Of a stretch of DNA of 64,000 nucleotides, positions 1-13,261 are shown piece after piece. Where the stretch lies: positions 372,001 through 436,000 of the forward strand of contig RSEE01000002.1 of NCBI GenBank assembly GCA_003971905.1. Reading direction: 5' to 3'. Numbering within the stretch: the stretch's first letter is position 1; each line of letters opens with the position of its first letter. Source of the DNA: Moniliella sp. 'wahieum' (Eukaryota). The notes under the pieces were generated by a model. That model was not told the origin of the DNA, searched no databases, and saw nothing but the letters and a program-made list of their open reading frames with translations. A program made the position numbers and the translations under genes.

Positions 1-3000
1 GCGAGAGTGTACAGCAAACGAATTGCATCGGTTTGGATACTGGACTGGTGCACAAGCCGTAGCCAGGCCGAAGCACGGGATGCCCTGGTGGAAGGATCAG
101 GCGCAGTCGGTTATCTTTAACGGGGGCAGATGAGGTTCTCGTCTTCCGTTCCGCGGACGTTTTGGCCAACCTGAGTAGCGAAAGCAGGCATTGACGTCAG
201 CTACCAGCACTGGGAGGACAGCATCTACCCCTATCGTGTGCAAAAACGCTTCAACCGGGCCCAAGGAGAATGAAAAGTGTTCCTCTTGCTTCAAATCATC
301 TGATCTTCCCTTCCCTCTCCAGGGGCGGATCAAACCCGAAGCTCAATATTGGTTTGTCGGGAAGTATGGCTCCTTCTCACGGTGGCAAATCGAATGGTGG
401 TGCAAAGCCCGTTTGAAATGAGATCATGCCCTTTCCAGGACAATGAACGACGGATCGAGCTCCTGGCGCGTCCGGGAGAGAAGCTGGATCCACCTCTTCC
501 GTACCACTCCAGGAGTCACAGGTATCCTTCCATGATTGCGCAGTGGGTAATGACCAAAGGTGGGCCGACTGGGCAGTGAAGAAGGTATGTCGTGGATAAG
601 GGATAGAGGAGGGGACGACATAGACTTGTGCATCCGCCCATGATACTCGCGCCATCAACTTCATCCGCAACGAAACCGACGTGGCATTTATCAAAGACTG
701 TCCAGCTCATTGGGCATGAAGGTGGGCAGGCTGTTGTCCGCGTCAACAGATGTCCGAGGGCGTGGGGAGGCAAGGGGGTGGCGGCTTGAACCCGAGCGGG
801 CAGCCCAACTGAAGTGAACGAGGCGCACACGCAGCACACGTTCGATGGTACGGACTCGACATCAGAATTCCTGCATGGTGGGAGGGATTCCATCGGATGA
901 AAAGGCGGGACATCTCTAGGTCAATGAAGGCGGCGAGTAGGGGCAAGAATACCCTCTGGAAAAGGACGGCGACAACAAAGCGGACAAAGGAAATGGACAC
1001 GGCAAAGAAGCGCGCCAACCGAAAGTTGAAGCAGCACGACCACATGCGGTAAGAAGCGCACGTGGAAGGAGAAGATGCGTTGCAACACGTTGGGGCCACT
1101 CGGGGATGGCGCGGGGCGAGGCTGCTGCACTGGAGGGGACAGAGACGAACGCGAGCTGGGGATCGCTGACGACGAGGGTGATAAGGGCGTAACACGAGTC
1201 TGCGCGCAAACCATTCCAGCGAAGCGATAGGTGCGCGATGGAGGCGCGGACGTCGCGTGTGTTGTGAGCACTGCCGCGCAAGACGAGGAGGCTGCGTTCG
1301 ACAAGGGCCCACACAGCAGGTAGGATGCCACTGCAGCCAAGGCTACGCCGGCAGCAGCAACACCCCAGCCATGGAAGCGACAGGGCAGCATGCTTGCCCT
1401 GTCAGGGGAGGGGGGGGCACAGCCGACGAGGCGGGGGGGTGTGCCGATGTGGTGGAAGCGAACCGACGGGTGGTGGGGAGTGTCTGGTTGCGACATGGCC
1501 TGAGGAGGCCCAAGCGTCGGTGATTAGCTGGCATGCAGCCGGCATGTGGCCAGGTTGGACAGCACTGGCCTCGGCCGTAGGCGGAGGGCCTCAGCGTGCC
1601 CGAGCGTCGTTGCAAGTTTCAATCGGCATGCAGGTTCCCGATTTATATTTCACCTCTCCAGTTCAACGTTCAACGTTCAATATTCATCTTTCAGGCAATG
1701 CTCATGACGTAACCCCCCAGCCGCACCCTGCTGTTATTTCTGTGGTCCTGCCCCCCCCCAAGCATGTGGCCACTGCTTCTGCCGGGCCTCCTTTCGGTAA
1801 TACTTGCGCCTCTCAACCCATCCGCATGTCCAGCGTATACCAGCTCTTTGGAGGCGCCATCACGGCAGATTATGGTGCCCCGGATTGACGCGAGGGACCT
1901 GCGTCAAGTGCCCGAACACACAAGAGGTCTATCTCACAGCCCACATGAAATGGCGCAACTAATATACGCGGTGCTGGACGTTGTGTGCTATACAGTCCTC
2001 GCTTCCGACCACCGCGACGTCAGCATTCCATCAAGCACTTTGACAATCGGGCCTACTACAACGATGGATCCTCAGCAGCGGTGCACCACGTCTCTCCCTT
2101 CCCGGCGGCCTAACACAGGAGGAGAGGGGACACCGACACCGCAGTGTTGCTCGAGGGCGTGTAATATGTACAAAAGACGGGCCAAGGCTGGTCCTGGACA
2201 AGGTAGGGATCTGCCTTGTTCTCCGGCATCTTGCACCACGGAAGCAGTATGACCTGCTCTTGTCACTCAACGTTCCTCGGCCTCGCCATACTCAGAGGTT
2301 AGTAGTTCCCCAGCCCGACTTTCCCGATCGATCACCAGCTGTCGACAAGGAGGCCGAGCAGTGACCGCCGAGACAGAATAGCTTACGTGGTCCAGTTTTA
2401 AGCAGACTGTCGCTTCCCTTACCATGCGCGACTGGATATTGTGGTCTGAATTCACCTCGTATTATATTGTAAGACCAGCAGAGGAACCCAAGGATTTTGG
2501 GTGGAGAACTTATGGAAATGTAGAGCAATGCAACGCGGTGGTGGTGGTTAAGGTCTAAGTCTTTTGCCACGCCAATGGGAGACTGGGATTCGAACAAGCC
2601 GAGTATACGTTCCCGTTTCCGGCCCAGCCACCCGCTAATATGCGATGAACCTCTGGCGATAAACGCAATCCAATGGCTACTACATTCCTACTGTATCTCG
2701 CCTCCAAGTTTTGCTTATACTTCCGGTTGGAACTTTCCTCTATGAATGTCCCCCATTCCATACATCCCCGCTATGCCCCGGACCTGCTGCGCGCTGAATT
2801 AAACTGATAACCATCCTTCCAGGGTTACGATTAGGAAACCCGGCCGCTTGTCTCCTATAGCTGCAATAATGTGTTACTCGACGACGGAGCGGCTTGCACT
2901 TTGCACAGCCTACACGTGGGACATACCCGTACAGTTTTTTGTCAACTGCACTTGGAAACTGCCTTGTGTACATCTCACATCGGTCTCATCCACAGAGACT

Positions 3001-4882
3001 GTGTACTATAGCGCTTCACTTGGCGCTGGCAGGATGTCCTGAAGTATTACTCTTCGCAGTGGCTTGGTAGCCCCAGCTTTGCCCAGCGGTGTCGACTGCG
3101 AAAGCGCGGTTGCCTGCGGTTGCCGGTCCCCCCCGTGGGCAACCCGTTTGCCTGGGGTTCCTGTGGAATCGAGGGGAGAGGATTGGATATTGGAACCAAG
3201 GACGTTTGTGACGTTGTGTGCATGTGACGGCAACGACTACTAATGAGCAAGATGATGTAAGATCTGAGATCTCATATCGATCTCACATCCGAGTGTGTTG
3301 GTACCGGTGATCCGGTGTTATGCTGGGGAGGGCGCTACTCAAACTGAATAAGTAAAGTACTCACTGAGTTCCGAGTTAATGATAGCCTTTGTCTAGCCTG
3401 GCTAGCTCATCCACCTCAGGATCTCTTCGATGAGGGAGGGGATCTGGGGCGTTTTAAGGGAGGTTGAGGCTCAGGCTCAGGCTCACTCAGCGCTGAGAGC
3501 CACAGCACAGCCACGGTTATTGTACGGTTAGTGTAAGAGTCGGGCGATACGAGTGAGACCAAGTACCAAGGGAAGCCAAAGATGCACTGGTAGGAGAAGG
3601 GAGAACAGGATCGGCGGGGAGAGCGGTGAGAAGATTCCCCTGATTAGCTAAGAGAACCGTGACAGTTAGTTCGCACTACCATCAACACAGCCTGCGTGCT
3701 TGAGGGATGTGTGAGTGCTAGTGTCGAAGTCCTGAATGGTTAAAGTTAAACGGGTGTTGGTGAGCAGCGGGTTCTTAATAAGGTGGTAGAACTTGAAGGT
3801 TGAAGTGAAAGCTTGAAGCTTGAAGCTGGAAGGGAGGGGGCTGAACAAATCCAAAGTGGGTGCGACACGGCTGGCTCGGAGTGGGTGTAGCAGGCGTGGG
3901 GCGTGTGGCGGGGGAGGCGCCGGAGCCAGTGTGGCTGGGGGCCGCGGAAGCATGGGGCGGCAGGCAGCCGGGCGCGCAGTGGGCGGCTGGGGGGCGGTGT
4001 TGCTGGGTGGGCAGGGGGGCAGGGGGCAGGGGCTGGGTGGTGCTGCTCCGATATCAGATCTCAGACCCAGAGCTCAGATCCTCAGTCTCACATCGTCACA
4101 GCGGCTGATTCCGAGCTCAGCCTGAGCGCCCAGGTGCTCACGCTCACATCCGCAGATCTCAGACGTCAGAGACCTCGGAGATGTCACATCTCGAGCACTC
4201 GAAACCTCAGAATGCAGGTGGCCCCTCCCATGCCGCCGTGGCTTGCAGCATGTTGATGCCGGTGGGGATCGATGATTAATAGTTGCACATCATCCACGTC
4301 GCGGATGGTCAGGGTGAGTCCAGATGGGTACAGGACGCAAAAGTGGGTACCAGTGCCACCATAGTGTAACTAGGAACTAGGGACTACTGGGCGGGCATGC
4401 TGTCGGACATGGGGCATGTCCTACCTGGGACGCAATCCAGCACCCAAGACAAGGCACCACGTTCAACGTGTTCAGCTGCTCAGCCTGAGCGCTCACGCGT
4501 TCACGTTCAATTAACCGCACGGGCCGGCGGCTCCACCGTGGCTTCAACTGCGCGCAAGAACGCAAAGTCACTAGCATAGCCCCCCAACAAACCCCAGACA
4601 CGTCTGCCGCGGCCAGAGCAGCCCAGTCCCTAGTCCAGCCCCGCCGGCCGGCCACCTCTGCGCTCTCGACCGTTGGCCGTTTGCCCCTAATAACGCCACC
4701 AAGAACCGAGGGGCGGCTACTCGCACGTAGTTCTCGTCTTCACTGTCTTCTGCCATCAACACCAGCCAGCGACCAACGCCACACGATCAGCATCAACACC
4801 CGTTGCGCTTTCCGTTCAACTGGAACGTTCCGAAGTTCAGCCTCAACTTGAACCGAACGCATCAGCGGCCAAGCTGCCGCCC

Positions 4883-5657
4883 ATGTCCTCCCTCGCCCCC
4901 CGCCTGGCCTCGGCGCCGTGTCTGCCTCGGCGCCCGACCCGCGTGTCCCTCCGCGCGAGCTGCTCCCCCTTCCCCTTCCCCTGCCTCTGCCCTTGCCCTT
5001 GCCCTTGCCCTGCCGCCCCACTCCCCCGCACTTACAGCCCTACCCGCCACGCACCCGCCCGCGTCTGAGCAACCCAGCCCAGTACTCCCTCACCTCTGCC
5101 CCCCGCGTCGTCAAGCACCTGGCCTGCGCCCTGGGCCGCGACCGCGCTGGCACGCCCTACCCCGCCCTCGAGCCGCACCGGCTGCGCTTGCCGCCCCTCC
5201 GCTCCGCCTGCCCAGCCACGCCGCACGAGCAAGGGCCGCGTCCGCCGGCCTGCCGCCTTTCGACCCATCTTCCCCTCGGCCTGCCGCTCTTCCCCCCGAG
5301 CCCGAGGGCAAGCGGGCGCGCTGGTCGCCCGATTCAGATCCCGGCGTGGGATGCACACGATAAGCCCTCCCTGGGTGGGAACGGGTGCGTGTGCACTTAT
5401 CTCCATCCCTTGACGGGCGCTACTGTGGCACCCGGTTCAATCGGCTGTACGATTTGTCGCGCCATCGCAAGATCCATGCGCGGCAAGAAGCGCGTGCGAT
5501 TGCCGGCGGGCTATTGACGCGCGACCAGGCGCTGGTGTGGGGCAAAGAAATCGATCCACCTCGGCCAGCGCGCCAAGGAATGGTCCTGTGCCCAATGCCA
5601 ATCTGTCTTTTCGCGCAAAGACGCGTGCTCCGCCACAAACGCCTGCGCGCTCATTGA
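4883..5657 (+). CDS. C2H2 zinc-finger transcription factor (frameshifted in assembly)
   Basis: Joining frames gives CTYLHP..GRYCGTRFNRLYDLSRHRKIH and a second finger CPxCQSVFSRKD..LRHKRLRAH* after a Pro-rich N-terminus. Start codon is uncertain. Confidence 0.7.
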
Positions 5658-5873
5658 AAAGTGGCTGCTGTATTATTTGCTCTTCCAGTCAATCCCACAT
5701 GCACTGCTTGTCTTCGCTCTCCCTTGCTGCCGTTGGCTCATCATCTCAAAGGCTCGGCGCACCTCCCCACCCGACATAATGCATAACCTATGACTGGACC
5801 CGTCTGTTCTCTGCACAAGTCTACCGTAGCCCTGCCGCGCCTAGGGGGATGAACCAGATGGTTGCGTCCCTGC

Positions 5874-8468
5874 TTATACACGCTCCAGGAAGTAGACGTA
5901 CGCCTGGGGCGCCAGCCCGCGCACCCCCACGTCCCCCTCCTTGCCTTGGGACGAGAGGGGGGCGAACCACCTTCTCGTCGTTAAACAGCAGCCAGTCGTC
6001 CCCTTGGTGAACGTGCGCAACGTAGTGCCCACTGTGAACCGAAGGGCCCTTGTGGGAGATGAAGCTCTTGAGGCGGTAAGCAGCGGGCAAAGCATCCGTA
6101 TCCAACTGGTCCTGTCGCCCGAGTTGGTGGGCAGCGAGTCTGTGAGGAGCGCTCGGTCGCTTCGGCGCTTCGCCTGGGTCGGTGGGATTGTCAAACAGCC
6201 ACGCCACCGCCGCCAGTTCGGGGTTGTTCCCATTGAGCCTTAACGCCTTGCGCGCTTGATTCTGCGTAAAGCCCATCTCCTCCAGCATGGACGTATCCAC
6301 CTGGGCTGCAGCCGAGGAGGCAAACTGCGCCGGGTCCAACGGCGCATCAATGTCGGCATCCTCCATATGAGCAAAGAGCCAGTTCATCGCTGCTTCCGCA
6401 TCGCCCGTATTGCCCGTGGCCAACAGCGCCTTGGTCGCCCGAACTTCTGGGAAGCCCATTGCGACCAACTGCCCCATCGCTGCCGCATCCACTGCGGGAA
6501 TCGCGGCGCCGCTGTCGCCTCCTCCTCTTTCAGCACAGTCTCTCCCTCCTGGAGACCGTGAGAGAGGAATGGGTCGAGAGAGAGGGGGGCAGCATCGAGC
6601 GGCACTTGGATCGGGACGTTTACCTTGGTTGGCACCCAACCAACAAGCGTGAAGCGCGCCACGGTTACCGCCAACACCTGGGGAAAGTTTTGAACTTGGT
6701 CTGTTTGATGGCCGTCGTCTTGGTCGAGCAGCTGGGACAAGCATACCCCTCCACCGTCTCCGGAGCAGTGAAGAGAGCAAGGCATTCCTCCAGCTGCACT
6801 GGCTCGTAGTACTGCCCCCGCTTCTTGGTCCGTCTTGACGGGGCGGAAGGACCGGGAGCGTCAGGCCACCTCGACATGCTCAAGAGAGTACTTGACACCC
6901 TTGCACTGCTGACATTCCAGTCGCTGTCCAAGTCAAACGACAGTGCTGCCCCGGCTTCTGGGGGGTCCTCGCGGCGGAGACGCAAGCGTTCGTCTTCCTT
7001 GTCCAACGCTGAGAGGAAGTATTGCAGAAACTCCGAGGCATCCTGTTGGCGCATCGAGCTGAACTCGGCATTGCCCTGGCCAACCACGTTTTGAGGGTAC
7101 TGGGCCGCAAGCCGCGCTGGAACCGAACTGTCTCTTGCCCTGGCCCTGCTCCTTTGCTCCTCTCCTGGAACAAGAGGGAGAGGAGTATCGTCGGGAACCG
7201 AGTAGCGGCCACTCAGCAGCCCATCTGCCACCTTGCCCACCTGACACTGGACACAACTGTCAGGGGATAGGGGCAAATCAGGGTATGGTCATCGACGGGC
7301 CCGACTGTAGCGCCGTTGGAAGGTGGGGAGCGAAGAGGCATTGGAGACCGAGTTGAGGTAACAGCTGTTGCCCAGATTCTTCAGTCCCGTCCGGTCCGGG
7401 CCAAAACGGGCTGGAGGGCACGGCCGTCATCGCCCGTCATGCTGAAGTCAAAGGAAAAGTTCTGCTCAATCTGCAACTCGGTCATGCTCTTCTCCGTCTT
7501 GGTCAGACCTTGAACCTGCAGCACCAAGGCCTTGGAGGTGCTGCACCAAGTGCGTATCTTCCCGCGCGTCGTTGCAGGCGTAACAGTACACATCTCCCTG
7601 CCCCTCAGGGGTGATGGTGCCCTGTTTGACGCTGCACGGGTGGCCGGTCGCCTCAAAGTGAGAAAGCGCATGCGAGTGGCCCTCCACCCCACCAAATTGT
7701 GCACGGCCACAGCCCAGGTTGCCACACGTAAGACAGAGCCATAGATTGTTGGTCTAACAGCGCGTCAGTACTAGTCCCAAACGCAAGCAAGAAAGTAGGG
7801 ACGCACCAAGTCACAATGGGAGCAGGTACGCTCCGGCGCTGCCTCCCCCGGGAGGGCGTTGGACATCATATGCCGTTCCGCCTCGGGAAGTTGGACAAGG
7901 ATTGGGTGTGCTTGCACGGCACGATTTCTTCCTCCCATCCTTGGATCTCGTTCTGACGTGCCGAAGCGTGGTGGGTCATAATCCCCGTGACAGCCTCCGC
8001 CAATTGCGGGAATAGCAAGATCGAGGACAAACGCCTTGTTGCAGTTCAAACAAACCGGGGTGAACGACCATTCGTACCGGTCCTCGTCAGACGAAGAAGG
8101 CAAGGCCAGCTTTGTGGGAAGTGAAGCGGCCGCTGCCTTCTCTTGTTCGCTCGGGGGACGGGGCCATCGACGGGTGCGCAGGGCCAGAGGATGCTGGTCC
8201 TTGGCATAGTGGAAGGAGGTGTGGTAACGGGGGCAACTGCCGTTGAAGCAGGTCAGACATACATCCACGCCCGACTCGGCCGATCTGGCCCTCGGCTGGG
8301 GGAAGGGCACATCGACGCCATCAAAGCAGAGTGTGCATTCTTCCTTGTGCACGGACTGGCTGGGCCGCGGCACACGCACGCTGCCGTCGGCCAGGCCGGC
8401 GAGGAGATGGGTGCAGGGCTCGAGCTGAGCTTGAGCGGGTCACCAGGCAGGTGATCTTCGTGGGACAT
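5874..8468 (-). CDS. UBP14: Ubiquitin carboxyl-terminal hydrolase 14 / isopeptidase T (USP5/13 family)
   Basis: N-terminal ZnF (VHKEECTLCFD..VCLTCFNGSC), ZnF-UBP (DVYCYACND), EKSMTELQIEQN, QQDASEFL, two UBA domains (LVAMGFPEVRATKAL; LEEMGFTQNQARKAL), His box HKGPSVHSGHYVAH, ends AYVYFLERV*. Several frameshifts. Confidence 0.95.
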
Positions 8469-8646
8469 GGGCGGGTCCAGACGCGGCTTCTTGGGCGGTG
8501 GTGGTGGGGGTGGCGAGCGCATGTGCGGCGGCCAATCGCCAAAGGGGATGGCAGCAGCCGTCGGCAGCCAGGGTGGCCAGAGCGCGGCGGCCACCGGCGG
8601 CAGCATTCCGCCACTTCCGCCGCTGCGCTCCCGATGTCGTGTGCGC

Positions 8647-8885
8647 CACGTGGCCGTGCCCGTGTGAAAGTTGCAATTCGGCGCAGCCCATCGCTGCAAC
8701 AGCAACCACCGTCACGCGTCACGTGCCCCACGCATGCGTCACGCGTCGACCCGCCGCCGGTCACGTGGGCACGTGGCACCTGCGCCTCCGGCCTGCTGGA
8801 GCGGGAAGCCTCACCTCGACTCGACGCTTCGGCGCGGGCAGCGCGAAGAGCGTGGCTGCATTTTTTTTTCCTGCGACAGTGTGGC
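8647..8885. promoter_or_regulatory. Cluster of CACGTG E-boxes in the divergent UBP14/MET10 promoter
   Basis: CACGTG at 8647, 8720, 8762 and 8770 (two of them as TCACGTG), plus TGTGGC at 8880-8885. These resemble Cbf1 and Met31/32 sites of yeast MET genes. Confidence 0.5.
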
Positions 8886-8930
8886 TCGCCCGTTCGCATT
8901 CGCCCCAGCCTCTCAACAGCACCCTCTGCC

Positions 8931-11900
8931 ATGCCGTCGGAATCGGAACGCGCCCTCCCGCTCGCCCGCACCGCTGCACTCTTCGCCGGCGGAGTGGCCG
9001 CGGGCGTTGGGTCCTTCCTCCTGGCCCAGAGAGCCTGGGCGCCCGACCCTCTCCCTCCTCCGGTGGGACCCGTCGAGTTCGTCGACCGTCGCCCCCCGCC
9101 GCAACCGCAGGAGCCTCGCCGGGCGCGCAGGCACAGCGCCTGTGCATGATCCCCCGCCCGCGCTTGAGGCTGCGGCCTTGACCAGTCCTGACGCAACTAC
9201 CGTCGTTGGCGTTACGGGTATTGAGCAGCCCGTCCTACTGCTACCACCGGTCCCAAGCCACCTTGCTACCAAGGCAGATTTGCTCACAGAGGCGAATGAG
9301 ACCGTCACCTGCCCTCCCTTCCCAGCTGGCTTGCCCCCAGTGCCTCTTCCACCACCTTGGTAGAGTTGATTGAGCGGACGGCCTACGAACACTCTTCCTC
9401 TCTGTTCATCTACGATTCCGATGCTACCGCCTTTGGCCGTTGGGCTGAGACGCGGCCACCCACGTCGCAACCACCCTCTGTTTTTTCTTTCAAGACGCGA
9501 GCAGGGGCCGGAGCGGCCGTGCTTGGTTACCTGGTCACTTGGAAGCGGGATCCGCTTCGATTCTGACCAACGCTCAGGGATTCATCGCCATGTCGCCTGC
9601 CCTCGCCTTTGCCCAGTCGCCTCGCGCATCGTGGTGCAAGTTTCGGGAGCAGGGCGCTCTGCCAACGAGGGTGAACTGCACATCGTCGATGATGCGCCGC
9701 GTACTCTGTTGGCCGCATCAACCCTTTCCCCCGAATGGACTGTGATTTACACGTCGGACCAATACGAGGCAGCCGAAGTGGCTGCCGCCTCGTACCGCGC
9801 CACCAGCGGGAATGTGGTGCATGTGTTTGACGGTGCCTTTTCCGGGAGAGAGACCGACTATGCACTAGCCCCCTCGTCTACGGTTCAGAACGCAGAGGGT
9901 GAAACGGTTGCCGACGTACTCGCCGCAGCGCAGTGGGCTCCCTTTGCCTATTTCGGCCCAGCGTCAGCGGACGTCGTGGTGGTCCTGCCCAACTCGTCCG
10001 TCGCGTCCTGCATCAAGTTGGCCCTCACTCGACTCAGCGCCGAAGTCAAGGGTCGAGTGGGTGTGCTGACGGTGCGTATGCTCAAGCCATGGCGAGAGGA
10101 GGCCTTGCGCTCTTCTCTTCCCAAGAGTACCAACGGTGGTCTGCTCGATTTGGACCATGGCCTGCTGCGCTCCGAAATCGAGACAACAATTTGGGAAGGT
10201 ATCCATGTCTGCTCTCTGGCCATTCCCAAGGAAGTGGACAGCCTCCATCTGTCTGTTGCTCTTGAGCTCCTTTCCACCGGTCCTGCGACCTGGGAGAGGT
10301 GAGCAAGGTCGCGGCGCAGGGGAGCAAGTCGGTGGGTTTGCGGGCAAGCTGCTCACCTCCTGGACACGGAAACATCCTCCTCTGCCAATGCCGGGGCCAT
10401 GGTGAGCACGTTGTTTGCCGATGCGGCGGCCCAGGGAGTTGGAGCGGCCAAGGTGCTGCACTGCCGTTCTCTCCAACGGTTTGACAACTTTCATGGTCCG
10501 CAAGCCTTGGGCGTTGCGCGTTGCGATATTGTTTTCGGACCCAAGACGCCCTCGGTAGCCGCTGCCACGTTGCAAGGCAAGGCCCAGACCCTTATTCTTC
10601 CCACTCCATCAGCACTAACGTCGACGCTGGACACCATGACTCTTGTCTCTGCCGGTGGAACGGTGGTGTTGGACACCAGTTCCTGGGAGGGCGATGCGAC
10701 CGAAGTTATTGAGACGCAAATGACTGCCTCGGTGCGTCAGCAGATCGCCAAGCTGAAGCTGAAGCTTCTCTCAATCGACGTGGCTTCGGTCCTGCATCTT
10801 CTCGAGCGTTCCGAGGGGCGCTCTTTGGACCCTAGTTTGGCCTCTGTCGTGCTGGCTTTGGCCGCAATCCAGGTCCATCTCAATGCGTCGGAGACCACCT
10901 TGGTGGCGTTGGCCAAGCCGGCTTTGGCACAAGTTGGAGTGGACCTGCAGACGCTTGTACAGCTCCTTCGGGCTGCAGTATCTCTGCCATATGATGAGGG
11001 TGCATTCGCCCATGCTGCAGAGGGAGAAAGTCCAGCTCGCTTGCCTCCTTTGAATACACTGGATTTAGCCATCTGCCGCGCAGCACGATGGTGAGGCGGG
11101 TGCGAAGGTGTCCTCCTGGGCGGCGGGGGCGTTGCAGCGTCTCTACTCAGAGGCGTGAGCTCAAGGCATGCGCTCCGAGCTGATTTGGCCCCTGAAAAGC
11201 TATGGGAGGTGGAGGTGACGGAAAATCGTCGGTTGACGCCTCTCGACTATGACCGCAACGTGTTTCACCTCGAACTCTCGACCCAGGGGACGGACCTGCG
11301 GTACGAGGTGGGTCAGGCGCTCGGTGTTCACGGTTGGAACGATTCGCAGGAGGTGGAGGAGTTTGTGCGTTTCACAGGCCTGGCCCCGGAGGAACTTATC
11401 TCTCTCCCCCTGCCGGATGGCAAGGCGGAGACGTTGACTGTCTTCCAACTCCTACAACAACGAAAGGATATCTTTGGTCGCCCGGGCAAGGCATTCTATG
11501 GTGCGATGGCCCAACTCGCCACCTCGCCTGACGAGGCCAAATGGTTGCGTTTTGTCGCTTCGCGCCGAAGGCAACAGTACATTCAAAAAGTATGCCGAGG
11601 TGGAACTGTGACGTACGCGGACGTGTTGAGGATGTTCCCTTCGGTGCTTGCACGGTTGACAGTGAAGGATTTACTGGCCCACGTGGAGGATATTGAGCCA
11701 CGGCATTACTCGATTGCCTCAGCGCAGGCCGCCGTGGGGGAATCGGTGCACCTGCTGGTTGTCACGGTCGATTGGCTGGCGCCCAATGGGGCGACGCGCT
11801 ACGGGCAATGCACACGCTATCTTTCCCAGCTACGGGTGGGGGATAAGGTGACGTATCTCTGCGTCCTTCGGTGATGAAGCTTCCGCCTAAGACGGAGCAG

Positions 11901-12487
11901 CCATCATTATGGCCGGGCTGGGTACTGGGGCTGCCCCCTTCCGCGCCTTCTTGCAAGCGCGTGCGGTTCAGAAGGCCCAGGGCTTGCCCATTGGTCCGCT
12001 GGTGTACTACTTTGGTTCCCGCTACCGTGGAAAAGAGTATCTCTATGGCGAGGAACTGGAGGCTTTCCAAGCCGACGGTATCCTTACCCGCCTCGGCCTG
12101 CCTCGGCCTGGCCTTCTCTCGCGACCAGAAACACAAGGTATATATCCAAGACAAGATTGTCCACGACGCTGAAATCATGGCCTCGTACCTCGCCCCAGAG
12201 TTGGCTGCTGCCAATGGGGAAATCCGGGCCTCACTTTCGGATGCCCTGGTGGAAACGGATGAGAAGGAGAAGGGTTACTTTTACCTGTGTGGACCGTGCG
12301 TTGACATCCCCCCTGTTTCTTGCCAGTCCATTGCTAACATCATTGATGCAGAACTTGGCCGGTGCCTGATATCACCGAGGCTGTCCTCTCAAGTCTGGAG
12401 GAGCATAAAGGCCTGTCCCGTGCCCAGGCGGAAGAGCATCTGGAGCACCTTAAAGAGGAGGAACGCTGGGTCCTCGAAGTGTATTAG
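8931..12487 (+). CDS. MET10: Assimilatory sulfite reductase (NADPH) flavoprotein alpha subunit
   Basis: PFOR-like N-terminal domains (FAYFGP..VGVLTVRMLKPW), then FAD/NADPH domain: VTENRRLTPLDYDRNVFHLE, RHYSIASAQ, GQCTRYL, MAGLGTGAAPFRAFLQ, LAFSRDQ, FYLCGP, ending RWVLEVY*. Intron at about 12296-12350; frameshifts. Confidence 0.95.
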
Positions 12488-13261
12488 AATGCCTTCACTT
12501 GCATTCGTACCCGATCACATCCGTTGCGGTGGTAATGTTTGCCTTTTGCCCTATATCCACTATGATATCTGCAATTGCATCATGTTCACAGGCCCCATCC
12601 ACGTTGATGTATCGGTGTTGATGGCCTCAAAAACAAGCAGTCCAAGCACTCTCTCTCTCTTGCACAATACTAAACCATATGGGGTAGGCACACCCTTGCT
12701 CTCAGTTAGAGCAATTCGACAATGACCCCGGGCAACATAGTAGCATCACCATAAGGAAATAGACTCTCCGCAATCATGAGATGGCAATTATCGGGAGGCG
12801 TTTTTGGCAAAAGGCGCCAAAAGCACGCCGTGTGCGCTCGGCTGTTGGAGAAGAGAGAGGCCCAGTTTGGCCATCGGCATGCGCCTGTACACTCATGCCA
12901 CCATTTGTAAACTATGTCGGATGTCGAACCCCCCCCCTTGGACATCATTAGAACTTGTCTACCGCAACCCAGAGATCTGTTCACACTAAGTTGTTGCCCA
13001 AAGTGTTGTACTACTATTAGTACTACTCATCCACAGGAGTGTTGCAGTGGCGATGCGGAAGCCATGAGTTCCATTGTGCCAAATAGATTAATGAGGTTAC
13101 TGAAGCCCCATCAGGATTGGAAAGATCATATCAAACGAAGGAAATGTACAACATTCACAAAAGCCGGAAAGGTGGCAGACATGCGTCAACAAACGGTCTC
13201 GCGTTGGGGAGTAATTCAAAGAGGGCGATAGAGGAACAGTGGAGCAAAGTAGGAAAGGGGG

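Noticed and set aside
1..3250. Short ORFs, including a signal-peptide-like 162-aa ORF at 1764-2252 and a lower-GC block at 2250-3250, as genes or a decayed transposon
   Set aside because: No recognisable domain, terminal repeat or TSD; cannot be supported without a homology search.
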